Below are positions 52,468 to 61,172 of a stretch of DNA of 61,172 nt, piece by piece. Origin of the DNA: Acidobacteriaceae bacterium (GTDB lineage: Bacteria > Acidobacteriota > Terriglobia > Terriglobales > Acidobacteriaceae); contig DATAWF010000175.1 in NCBI GenBank assembly GCA_036267335.1, forward strand, positions 1-61,172, given 5' to 3'. The translations under genes were made by a program, and so were the position numbers. Each line of letters opens with the position of its first letter. Position 1 is the stretch's first letter. The notes under the pieces are model-generated. The model searched no databases, had not been told where the DNA came from, and saw only the letters and a program-made list of their open reading frames with translations.

Positions 52468-52569
52468 GGCCCGTAGCTCAGGTGGCCCGCCCGCAAGGGC
52501 GGTGGAAGAGAAGCCCAGCAGTTTCCCCGCAACTGCGTGTCGGAAGTTCGAATCTTCCCGGGGTCGCCA
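52468..52569 (+). pseudogene. Degenerate tandem duplicate of tRNA-Arg(CCT) (tRNA-like, probably non-functional)
   Basis: The same ~30-nt leader, T-arm and 3' acceptor as the first copy. It differs by one C missing from the 5' acceptor strand, a ~20-nt GNRA hairpin (CCGCCC-GCAA-GGGCGG) inserted in the D-loop, and a 9-nt anticodon loop TTCCCCGCA. Confidence 0.6.
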
Positions 52570-52624
52570 TTCCTTAGAGTCCTCGACATGCCGAGACCCA
52601 AACTCTCTTTACAATTGAAGAACG

Positions 52625-53473
52625 ATGAACGAAAGAATCGATGCACATCACCATTTCTGGCGGTACAACCCCACTGAGTATGCATGGCTCGAGGGCCGGT
52701 ACGCCCCTCTGGCCCGAGACTTTGTGCCCGCTGATCTGGAGCCGGAGCTCCGCGCTGCCGGGGTCGATGGAACAGTCCTGGTGCAGGTCCGGCAGAGCCT
52801 TGCCGAGACGGAAGAGATGTTGGCCGATGCTCGCCGGCATTCGTGGATACGGGGCGTCCTCGGTTGGGCCCCGCTCACCGAACCGGGCTTTGAAGCCGGG
52901 CTCGAGCGGCTTTGCTCCGATCGGAAGCTCAAAGGCCTGCGGCATATCGTCCAGGACGAGCCGGACGACAACTACCTCTTGCGCGCCGATTTCAATCGGG
53001 GCATTTCCGCTCTCAAAAATACGGGATTGGTCTACGACGTTTTGATCTACGAGCGGCACCTGCCCCAGGCCATCGAATTTGTCGATCGGCATCCGGAGCA
53101 GGTTTTCGTGCTCGATCATGTTGCCAAGCCCCGGATTGCCGACGCTGTTGTCGAGCCGTGGACGAAGTCGATCCGCGAGTTGGCGCGCCGCGAAAACATC
53201 TACTGCAAAGTCTCGGGCATGGTCACCGAGGCAGATTGGGATACGTGGACAGAAGAGAAGCTGAGGATCTACTGGGAGGTTGTGCTGGAGGCCTTCGGTC
53301 CGCGCCGTCTGATGGCCGGCTCCGATTGGCCCGTCTGCCTCGTCGCAGCCAGCTATGCGCGTTGGTTCGAAATAGTAAGAAGCTGGACGGCAGCCCTTTC
53401 AGCCTCCGAGCAGGATCGCGTCCTGGGCGGAACGGCGAGCGAGGCCTACCGGCTGGAGAAGACCGCCCAATGA
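52625..53473 (+). CDS. Amidohydrolase-2 family metal-dependent hydrolase (sugar-lactonase-like)
   Basis: IDAHHHFWRY (HxH metal site). 282 aa with TIM-barrel amidohydrolase spacing, ..VLDHVAKP.. and ..MAGSDWPV... Confidence 0.8.
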   Translation: MNERIDAHHHFWRYNPTEYAWLEGRYAPLARDFVPADLEPELRAAGVDGTVLVQVRQSLAETEEMLADARRHSWIRGVLGWAPLTEPGFEAGLERLCSDRKLKGLRHIVQDEPDDNYLLRADFNRGISALKNTGLVYDVLIYERHLPQAIEFVDRHPEQVFVLDHVAKPRIADAVVEPWTKSIRELARRENIYCKVSGMVTEADWDTWTEEKLRIYWEVVLEAFGPRRLMAGSDWPVCLVAASYARWFEIVRSWTAALSASEQDRVLGGTASEAYRLEKTAQ

Positions 53474-55998
53474 GGGAAACCCCGGCGCAATCTTGCAAAG
53501 CTGCTTTGAAATTGTTGATCCTTTTCACCGCGCTCACAATCGCTGCCGCTCTGCCGGCCCGGGCGGCCATTGTCGAGGGCACGGTCACCGACACCCTGGG
53601 CGAGCCAGTCACGAATGCCAACGTGGCATTAATCAAGGGCGGCCAGATCGTCGCCCATGCAACGAGCCAATCCGACGGCGTCTATCGGATGACGACCGGC
53701 TCCAACGGGCGATTCTACGTCCTTGTTTCTGCCGCGAGTTTCAAGCAGGTAAGCAGCCGTGGATTTTTCGCTGGTGCGGTCGATGTCCACAATGAAAATG
53801 TGGTCCTCGAGCCGGCTGTCGTCCATCAAGAGGTGGTCGTTTCCGCCACGGGCACTCCGACGCCGCAGGCCCAGCTTGCCTCTTCGGTAAGCGTCCTCCG
53901 CGATCCCGATTATCGCAACTTCATTTCGTTCCCCGACCCATTGCGCGAGATACCGGGAGTTTTCGTCGTACAGCAGGGTCAATACGGCGGCCTCACCTCG
54001 CTCTTCGTCCGGGGCGGCAACTCCGACTCGAACCAAATCAATCTCGACGGAGTTCCGATCGAAGATATCGGCGGAGTCTTCGACTTCGGCAACGTTGCCA
54101 CCATGGGCGTCGGCGAAATGGAGTTGTATCGCGGCCCGAACAGCGTGCTCTATGGCTCCGATGCTGCCTCCTCCGTTGTCAACCTCACGACGCCCCAGGG
54201 CAGCACGTCCTTCCCCTCGCTCTTCTATGAGGGCGACTATGGAAACTTCACCAGCTTCCGCAATCAGCTCCAGCTTGGCGGCACGCACAACCGGCTTGAC
54301 TACTATGGCGGCTTCTCGGGTTTCCAAAGCGCCAATGATCTGCCGATGGATGAGTACCACGACTACACATCGAGCGCGAACCTTGGCTACGCGCTCACTT
54401 CCTCTACCCAGGTGCGCGGCACCGCCCGCTACAGCGTCTCAGCCACGGGGACTCCGGGGCCGATCGATTTCTATGGAATTGCCAACGCGGGAAAGCAGTC
54501 CGACCAGGACCTGTACGTCGGCGCGGCAATCGACAACCAGACCACTCCGTCTTGGCACAACCTCGTGCGGTATGCCCTCACCCGCAAACGGGAAGAAGAT
54601 CAGAACTTCTATCCCGCCGGCATTCCAATTCCGACCACCGTCGACGGCTACACCAGCACCAATTACTACGGCTATGCCACAACCATTCAGGGAGCGAACG
54701 GGTATTCCGTGAACGGGCAGGCGGTGCTCAACTTTCCCGGCGTTTTTCCCAATACTCTGGAGCTGGTTTCGAACCGCGATCAACTCTATTTCCAGAGCGA
54801 TTATCGCTTTAATTCCCACATCACCGCCTTGATCGGGTTCCGGTTTGAGGATGAGCGCGGTACTGAGAAGCTGCCGGCCTATGCCATCGATGAAAATCTG
54901 GAGCGCGCGAACTACGACTACACGGCGCAGATTCAAGGCGACTTCAGAAACCGTGTCTATTACACTCTCGGCGGCGGCGTGGAGAAAAACGGGCTTTACG
55001 GCACCGTGGGAACCCCACATATTGGAGTCGCTTACTATCCGGTCCGTCCCGGCCACGGCATCCTGCACGGCACAAAACTCAAGTTCACCTTTGCCAACGG
55101 CTACCAGGAGCCGTCGCTCGACGATCAGTTTGGTTCGCTCTATACCTTCCTCGTGAGCCAGCCGGGCGGCATCCAGGCCATCCAGCAGCTCCACGTCTCG
55201 CCCATTGGCGCGGAAGATTCGCGCAGCTATGAAGCCGGCGGCGAGCAGAGCTTCCTGAACCAGCGCGGTGTCCTGCGGGTGAGCTATTTCCACAATCAAT
55301 ATAGGAACCAGATCGAGTCGGTTCCGGCCACGGAAGTACCGTTCTTGCTGCCGAACCTCAGCGCAAGCGCGCAGCAAAGCCTCGAAAGCTATTTAATCGA
55401 TGGTCCGGGAATCGATCTCAACTCGCAGTCGTTCCGCGCGCAGGGAATCGAGAGCGAGATCGAGTACACGCTGCTGCACAACCTGTTTCTGCGCGGCGGC
55501 TACACCTATCTCGATGCAGTCGTGCAGCGCTCCTTTACCTCCGACGCCCTCGCGCCCTCCTACAACACAGGCCCTCCGGGCGGCCCCGTTCCGGGCTTCT
55601 CTGGAGTTCCCATTGGCTCTTTCGATCCGCTGCGCGGCGCGCGGCCCTTCCGCCGGCCACCGCACACAGGATTTGTGAGCGTCAGCTACACGGCCAAGCA
55701 ATGGTCGGCGCAGTTTGTCGGAGCCTTCGCCAGCCGCAGTGACGATTCGACATTTCTGACCGGCGAAGATCTCTGGGGCGGCAACTCGCTGCTCTTGCCC
55801 AACCGCAACCTCGACTATGGGTATTCCAAGCTGGACGCGGGAGCAAGCTATCAATTTACAACCTGGCTTGGGGTCTACGCACAGCTCGACAACCTGACGA
55901 ACAACCAGCACATCGGCCCCATCGGGTATCCCGCGCTGCCGTTTACCATTCGCGCCGGAATGCGCCTGGCCCTGGGTCACGAACACACGAGCAAATAA
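53470..55998 (+). CDS. TonB-dependent receptor with a carboxypeptidase-regulatory-like N-domain
   Basis: ATGA overlap with the hydrolase gene. Signal peptide LKLLILFTALTIAAALPARA, then IVEGTVTDTLGEPVTNANVAL, a plug region (..LFVRGGNSDSNQINLDGVPI..) and a beta-barrel body. Confidence 0.85.
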   Translation: MRETPAQSCKAALKLLILFTALTIAAALPARAAIVEGTVTDTLGEPVTNANVALIKGGQIVAHATSQSDGVYRMTTGSNGRFYVLVSAASFKQVSSRGFFAGAVDVHNENVVLEPAVVHQEVVVSATGTPTPQAQLASSVSVLRDPDYRNFISFPDPLREIPGVFVVQQGQYGGLTSLFVRGGNSDSNQINLDGVPIEDIGGVFDFGNVATMGVGEMELYRGPNSVLYGSDAASSVVNLTTPQGSTSFPSLFYEGDYGNFTSFRNQLQLGGTHNRLDYYGGFSGFQSANDLPMDEYHDYTSSANLGYALTSSTQVRGTARYSVSATGTPGPIDFYGIANAGKQSDQDLYVGAAIDNQTTPSWHNLVRYALTRKREEDQNFYPAGIPIPTTVDGYTSTNYYGYATTIQGANGYSVNGQAVLNFPGVFPNTLELVSNRDQLYFQSDYRFNSHITALIGFRFEDERGTEKLPAYAIDENLERANYDYTAQIQGDFRNRVYYTLGGGVEKNGLYGTVGTPHIGVAYYPVRPGHGILHGTKLKFTFANGYQEPSLDDQFGSLYTFLVSQPGGIQAIQQLHVSPIGAEDSRSYEAGGEQSFLNQRGVLRVSYFHNQYRNQIESVPATEVPFLLPNLSASAQQSLESYLIDGPGIDLNSQSFRAQGIESEIEYTLLHNLFLRGGYTYLDAVVQRSFTSDALAPSYNTGPPGGPVPGFSGVPIGSFDPLRGARPFRRPPHTGFVSVSYTAKQWSAQFVGAFASRSDDSTFLTGEDLWGGNSLLLPNRNLDYGYSKLDAGASYQFTTWLGVYAQLDNLTNNQHIGPIGYPALPFTIRAGMRLALGHEHTSK

Positions 55999-56233
55999 TC
56001 GCGCGCCCTTAGAAAGCCGGATATGTTTGCGGATTTTGTTCCAGCGCGAGTTGGAGGAGAGATGCCTCCAAGGCCCTGCTACGATAGAAAAAATCGTCGT
56101 CTCAATAAGGGATGAGATGAACCCGATCCGCCCCCCCAGAGGCGTTTTTAGGGCGCATCGATAGGCTGCGAAAATCCGGTTCTGCACATACCGCTGAAGA
56201 TACCAACCGCGACGCAAAACAAGGAATCTCTCG

Positions 56234-57838
56234 ATGAATTTGGTCTCCACGGCGGCGCAAGATACCGAAACTCTCGAACCTACAACTGGACCGCAGGGCG
56301 GAGGTGCGCAGTTCTGGGTGGCATTTGCCGTCCTGACCGTGACCTACGCCGTCGCTGCTTTCCTGGAGGGCCATAAATTCGTTTGGTTCGATGAGCTGTG
56401 CACGTTTTACATTGCCCGTGCTCCGTCGCTCACGACGCTCTGGCACTGGACGTTGAAATACGACAACAATCCCCCAACGGTTTATCTGCTCGCCCGTCTC
56501 TCGATGAAGATCTTTGGTCCTGGCGCCTTGGGGCTGCGGCTGCCTTCCATCCTCGAGTTTTATGCCGGCAGCATGGGAATGCTGCTGTACTTGCGGCGGA
56601 AGGTAGGCACTCCGATCGCTGTTTTTGGCGTCGCGATGCTCTGGGCGAGCGGGACTTTCTACTACGCGATAGAAGCGAGAGTCTATGCTCTCGTCTTCAT
56701 GAGCTTTTCATTTCTGCTTTTGTCATGGGACACGGCGACAAGAAGCCAATCCCGCAAACTGGCGCTCTTTGGAGTTGCCGCTTCGAATGCCGTGCTCTTG
56801 TCTGCGCATGTCTTCGCTCCACTTTGCCTATATCCGTTTTTGGCCGCGGAGGTCGTGCGTTATCTCCGGCGGCGCAAGCCGGACTACCCGCTCTACGCCG
56901 CCCTCGTGCTTCCCATGGCGATAATGGCCCTTTATATCCCGCTCATCCTCGTTTATCGCGGGTTGATGTTTTGGCCGACGTATCGCGCTTCGCTGCATCG
57001 GGCCGGAGACTTCTATTTCGTGGCATGGGACTGGGTGGCGCGGCCGCTCTGCGTAATCCTATTGCTGGCGATCGTTTGGCCTCGGTTGCGTCCAGATCGA
57101 AACAAAGGGTCGCAGTTTGTCCCGGAAGATTGGGCGGTCTTTCTATGTATCATGATCAATCCGTTGCTGTTGAATCTTGTGTTGATGACGCGGCACGCCA
57201 GTTTCTTCGACCGATACACGATCAGTACGTATGGAGTGATCTATGGAGGACTCGCCGTCCTTATCGGCCTTCGCCTGCAATTTCGTCCAGCGATGGCATA
57301 TGCGGCTGCCTTGATTATGCTTTTTGTGCTGGTGCGCTACGCTCATCGCAATTGGGTGGCGAGACCGCGCAGCGACGATCAAGTAGGGCTGGCAACCCTC
57401 CGGCCCGATCTGCCGATCGTGGCTGGCGACGGTATGACATTTATCGAAATGAGTTATCACGAGCCGCTTGATGTATTGCGCCGGCTCTACTACATCAAGA
57501 ATCGCGCCGCGGCAATTCAATATGAGCACTCGAACTATTTCTATGATTTCGAGGCGCCCGACGACATGCAGCGGGCGGGATTTCCAATCAGCGGAACCGT
57601 CGAGCCATATTCGGAGTTTGTTGCCTCGCATCCTCGGTTTTTGATTTATGCGGATCCCTGGGAGTGGCTGCCGCGCAAGCTGCAGGACGACGGGGCGACG
57701 TTCACGCTCCTTCGTGATTTTGCTGGGGAAAATTTCAGCGAGCCCGGGACGATTTCCTTTCCGAACCCGGCGGTGTCGACCGGGACGCCCTATCTGGAGA
57801 CGCATATCTTTCTCGTGACCATGCCGCCGAAAAAATAG
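56234..57838 (+). CDS. Polytopic membrane protein, GT-C fold (family 39/ArnT-PMT-like) glycosyltransferase candidate
   Basis: About 11 hydrophobic helices, with a DE motif in the first loop (FVWFDELCTF) and a soluble C-terminal domain. Confidence 0.55.
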   Translation: MNLVSTAAQDTETLEPTTGPQGGGAQFWVAFAVLTVTYAVAAFLEGHKFVWFDELCTFYIARAPSLTTLWHWTLKYDNNPPTVYLLARLSMKIFGPGALGLRLPSILEFYAGSMGMLLYLRRKVGTPIAVFGVAMLWASGTFYYAIEARVYALVFMSFSFLLLSWDTATRSQSRKLALFGVAASNAVLLSAHVFAPLCLYPFLAAEVVRYLRRRKPDYPLYAALVLPMAIMALYIPLILVYRGLMFWPTYRASLHRAGDFYFVAWDWVARPLCVILLLAIVWPRLRPDRNKGSQFVPEDWAVFLCIMINPLLLNLVLMTRHASFFDRYTISTYGVIYGGLAVLIGLRLQFRPAMAYAAALIMLFVLVRYAHRNWVARPRSDDQVGLATLRPDLPIVAGDGMTFIEMSYHEPLDVLRRLYYIKNRAAAIQYEHSNYFYDFEAPDDMQRAGFPISGTVEPYSEFVASHPRFLIYADPWEWLPRKLQDDGATFTLLRDFAGENFSEPGTISFPNPAVSTGTPYLETHIFLVTMPPKK

Positions 57839-57885
57839 ACCGGCTGAATGCCCGATCAAGTCAGCCGTCTCGTACGTCAGAGAAT

Positions 57886-59208
57886 TCAGTCTCTAGGGAT
57901 TGCGGCGCCGAGCCTGGCGGGGCTGTTTTCCGTCACCGCTTTGGCCATTCTGCGCCCGAGATGGGCACTTTCGGCGATACTCCTGTCTTCGGGATAGTAG
58001 AAGGAAGTATCGGCCACCTGCAGACCGGCGATCGGGGTCTGGATGGACGGCAGCTTGGCGGCAAAGCCAACGTCGCAGACCGGCTGCGCATAACGCAGGC
58101 GGCCGATGCTTGCATCGAGCAGGTCTCCGGGAACCAGCGCCGGATTCAACCGCTGCAGACAGGCAAAAGCGTGATTGGTGAATTGCTCGTCGGTCCAGGA
58201 AAATTTAGGATTGTCTCGCGGCATGTAATAGGGGACGTAAACGATCGAAGGGCCGAGCGGCCGAAGATTGCTGAATTCGATGACGCCCGGTATCTCATGC
58301 TCCGGATCGGAGATGTTCACCCAAAAATGCGGGCTCACCGGCCGCCGCAGTTTGAGAATTGCGCAGCAGATGCCGACGCTCTTGAGCGAGTCGTAGCGTT
58401 CTTTCCATTCCACGGGAAGTCCGGGAATCATCGTCGTGACATAAGGCATCGGCACCGTCGAGAGAACATGGTCGGCGGGGAATTGTCCGACTGTAGTGTT
58501 CACGCCGACGATCTGGCCGTCTTGGCTGACTACCTCGCGCACTCCGGCCTTCAAATGTACTTTGCCTCCGGCCGATACGATGGCATTCACCAATGCAACG
58601 ACGAGGGTCTCCGACCCGCCTTCGATATAACCCAGCTCTTCCTGCATGATGCTTTTGCGCGACTCTGCGGTGCGCCGGATGCGCCCCCAGAGCCATGCCG
58701 CGGAGATACTCCCGGCGAGCTCGTAAAACTTCAGATCGAGCAGCGGCCGCCAAAACAATTCATAGCCCTTTTTGCCGCACCAGGCCGCGGTCCATTCCGA
58801 AGCCGACCGATTGTCGAGCGAGGACCAGGAACGTCGGCGTATGCAGGATAAGGCGAAAAGGCCATAGCGAATTTTGGCCAGGAGCGAAACTTGAGGAAGC
58901 CGCAGAAGTGCAAAAGGATCTCCCCAGGAGTGGACCTTCCCGTTCAAGTAAAACCCCATCGAGGTCGGCACCCAGCGCAGCTTGTCCGCGATGCCTAGCT
59001 CCGCCAGCAATTCGAACGTCGGCCGGTCTCCGCGGCAGACGAAATGGTAGAACCGCTCGAGCGAGAGGCCGCCGAAGTCGAAGTGCGCCGCCGTGCCGCC
59101 GGCCACGGGACCTGCTTCGAAGACGTCGACCTGATGGCCATCCTTAGCTGCCTGATAGGCGGCGGCTAGACCCATTGGACCGGCGCCAATCACTGCGATG
59201 CGGGACAT
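57886..59208 (-). CDS. FAD/NAD(P)-binding oxidoreductase (amine oxidase / phytoene desaturase-like)
   Basis: MSRIAVIGAGPMGLAAAYQAAKDGHQVDVFEA (GxGxxG plus an acidic residue). I moved the start to aa 28 of the ORF. Confidence 0.8.
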   Translation of the reverse strand: MSRIAVIGAGPMGLAAAYQAAKDGHQVDVFEAGPVAGGTAAHFDFGGLSLERFYHFVCRGDRPTFELLAELGIADKLRWVPTSMGFYLNGKVHSWGDPFALLRLPQVSLLAKIRYGLFALSCIRRRSWSSLDNRSASEWTAAWCGKKGYELFWRPLLDLKFYELAGSISAAWLWGRIRRTAESRKSIMQEELGYIEGGSETLVVALVNAIVSAGGKVHLKAGVREVVSQDGQIVGVNTTVGQFPADHVLSTVPMPYVTTMIPGLPVEWKERYDSLKSVGICCAILKLRRPVSPHFWVNISDPEHEIPGVIEFSNLRPLGPSIVYVPYYMPRDNPKFSWTDEQFTNHAFACLQRLNPALVPGDLLDASIGRLRYAQPVCDVGFAAKLPSIQTPIAGLQVADTSFYYPEDRSIAESAHLGRRMAKAVTENSPARLGAAIPRD

Positions 59209-59452
59209 GAACGTTCTATACCTTTTGTAATGGGTGTTTTGACGGCAGATCGCGGTCCGCAAGCGCCTTGGCGGGTCGAGTTTCTTCAATATAGCAGAGC
59301 GGCTGCAGCCGCCGGAGTTAGCCGCGCTGGGCTAAAAAGCGCACGAGATACGGCGGCAACGCCCGCTCTTTGCCGATCTCACAAGTTCCTAAGCAAAAGC
59401 AAATGCAGCGAAGAGCGCATCTCGCACCAGAAACGGTAAACTCATCTTGAAT

Positions 59453-61132
59453 ATGACGAAGCCCCTCAATCGGTATAGCTCAGAGATCACCCAGCCTAAA
59501 TCCCAGGGAGCATCGCAAGCGATGCTCTATGCCACCGGTATGCGCGAGCAGGACATGGCGAAGCCGCAGGTCGGCATTGCCAGCGTCTGGCTGGAAGGCA
59601 ATCCATGCAACATGCACCTTCTTAGCCTTGGTGAAAAGGTCAAAGAAGGGGTTTCCAGTGCCGGAATGGTTGGCCTGCGCTTCAACACCATCGGTGTGAG
59701 CGATGGCATCTCCATGGGCACCGAGGGCATGAGCTTCTCGCTGCAGTCGCGCGACCTGATTGCCGACTCGATCGAAACCGTCATGAGAGCGCAATGGTAC
59801 GATGCGGCCGTTTGCATTCCCGGCTGCGACAAAAATATGCCCGGCTGCATGATCGCCAACGGGCGGCTGAACCGGCCGAGCATCGTCGTCTACGGGGGCA
59901 CCATTCGTGCCGGACATCAGGATGGGCAGAAGCTGGACATCGTCTCAGCCTTCCAGAGCTACGGCCAGTTTCTCTCGCATTCAATTACCGAAGAGCAGCG
60001 GCAGGCGATCGTCCGCAACTCCTGTCCCGGCGCCGGAGCCTGCGGAGGCATGTATACCGCGAACACCATGGCCTCGGCCATCGAGGTGATGGGAATGAGC
60101 TTGCCTTACAGCTCGTCCACTCCGGCCGAGGATCCCCTCAAGCGCGAAGAGTGTCTGCTTGCCGGCGCTGCCATCCGGAACCTGCTGGAACTTGATATCA
60201 AGCCCCGCGACATCATGACCCGCGAGGCCTTCGAGAACGCGATGGTTGTGGTCTGCGCCCTCGGAGGATCGACCAACGCCGTGCTCCATCTGATTGCAAT
60301 GGCGCGGGCTGTCGACGTGCCGATCACCCTCGACGATTTCCAGCGGATCAGCGACAAGACTCCGCTGCTCGCCGATTTCAAGCCCAGCGGCGCCTTTGTC
60401 ATGGAAGATCTCCAGGGGGTTGGAGGCCTGCCGGCGGTTTGCAAAATGCTCCTCGAAGAAGGTCTGCTGCACGGCGGCTGCATGACCGTTACCGGCAAGA
60501 CCCTGCGGGAAAATCTCCAACACCTTCCCGGATTGAAGGCTGGGCAGCCGATTGTTCATCCCATCTCGAATCCCATCAAGGCCACCAGCCACTTGCAGAT
60601 CCTCAAGGGAAGCCTTGCGCCCGAGGGAGCGGTAGCCAAGATCACGGGCAAAGAGGGGCTGCGATTCTCCGGTCCTGCAAATGTCTTCGACAGTGAAGAG
60701 GAGATGCTCAGGGCCCTCGAAGAGGGAAAAATCAAGAAAGGCGATGTCATCATCATCCGGTACGAAGGACCGAAAGGCGGTCCCGGCATGCCGGAGATGC
60801 TGACGCCCACCTCCGCCATCATGGGCGCCGGGCTGGGAAAAGACGTCGCCCTCATCACAGACGGCCGGTTTTCCGGAGGCTCCCACGGCTTCATCGTTTG
60901 CCACGTGACGCCAGAGGCCCAGGAGGGCGGTCCCATTGCTCTCATTCGCAATGGCGATCTCATCACCGTCGACGCCGAAAAGAATACGATCGACGTCGAT
61001 CTCTCCGCAGGGGAGCTGAAGAGCCGTCATAGCCAGTGGAAGATGCCGCCTTACAAAGCGGAACGCGGTACATTGGCCAAATACATTCGTCTAGTCAAAA
61101 GCGCGAGCTTCGGCTGCGTTACCGACGAGTAG
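59453..61132 (+). CDS. ilvD: Dihydroxy-acid dehydratase
   Basis: [29 protein letters not shown]..., [19 protein letters not shown]. Full length. ATG at 59453 is preferred over the TTG at 59447. Confidence 0.95.
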   Translation: MTKPLNRYSSEITQPKSQGASQAMLYATGMREQDMAKPQVGIASVWLEGNPCNMHLLSLGEKVKEGVSSAGMVGLRFNTIGVSDGISMGTEGMSFSLQSRDLIADSIETVMRAQWYDAAVCIPGCDKNMPGCMIANGRLNRPSIVVYGGTIRAGHQDGQKLDIVSAFQSYGQFLSHSITEEQRQAIVRNSCPGAGACGGMYTANTMASAIEVMGMSLPYSSSTPAEDPLKREECLLAGAAIRNLLELDIKPRDIMTREAFENAMVVVCALGGSTNAVLHLIAMARAVDVPITLDDFQRISDKTPLLADFKPSGAFVMEDLQGVGGLPAVCKMLLEEGLLHGGCMTVTGKTLRENLQHLPGLKAGQPIVHPISNPIKATSHLQILKGSLAPEGAVAKITGKEGLRFSGPANVFDSEEEMLRALEEGKIKKGDVIIIRYEGPKGGPGMPEMLTPTSAIMGAGLGKDVALITDGRFSGGSHGFIVCHVTPEAQEGGPIALIRNGDLITVDAEKNTIDVDLSAGELKSRHSQWKMPPYKAERGTLAKYIRLVKSASFGCVTDE

Positions 61133-61172
61133 CGCGCCGCTCGAGGCGGAGATAGCTGAAAGCGTTGCGGAG

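Noticed and set aside
52336-52569. tRNA pair as attL/attR of an integrated island containing the CIS
   Set aside because: The two copies are adjacent and include the 5' leader, so this is a tandem duplication rather than island-flanking direct repeats. I saw no integrase and no copy of the tRNA 3' end at the other CIS boundary (~26 kb).
52912-53469. Upstream 186 codons of ORF 52912..55998
   Set aside because: They overlap the amidohydrolase gene and have Arg-rich junk composition. The signal peptide and receptor domains begin at the ATG at 53470 (ATGA overlap).

Overview
This is a high-GC chromosomal window. I infer Acidobacteriota from the gene content: a duplicated-orphan MacB-type permease next to PadR, TonB-dependent receptors with carboxypeptidase-regulatory N-domains, and many small intergenic repeat families. 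The centre (about 26.0-51.8 kb, all on the minus strand, roughly 20 tightly packed or overlapping genes) is a complete phage-tail-like contractile injection system (eCIS/PLTS). In transcription order it encodes sheath, tube, two unassigned assembly-type proteins, a DUF4255 cap, an AAA+ ATPase, a tube-initiator-like protein, LysM, a gpD-like hub, a gpV/VgrG-like spike, a PAAR-like tip, gp25, two large baseplate-J-like proteins, a gpI-like wedge protein and a putative fibre. It ends with a DxD (glycosyltransferase-like) protein translationally coupled to a 1185-aa multidomain DUF4157 protein, the likely cargo/effector, which carries a JAB/MPN-like HxH..SxxD motif. No capsid, portal, terminase, integrase, lysis or T6SS membrane-complex genes are present. 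The locus abuts a tRNA-Arg(CCT) gene and a degenerate tandem copy of it. The flanks hold ordinary regulatory and metabolic genes: a BlaI/BlaR1-like pair, two ECF sigma/anti-sigma pairs, an Xre(DUF2384)-RES toxin-antitoxin pair, PadR plus permease, a fuconate-dehydratase-like enolase, ilvD and TonB-dependent receptors. At least three MITE/REP-like repeat families are scattered through the window, and one copy sits exactly between the antitoxin and toxin genes. Coordinates include stop codons. Several starts were moved from the ORF-track start to internal starts that give ATGA overlaps or sit behind Shine-Dalgarno motifs. All family assignments come from motifs read by eye. No database search was run.
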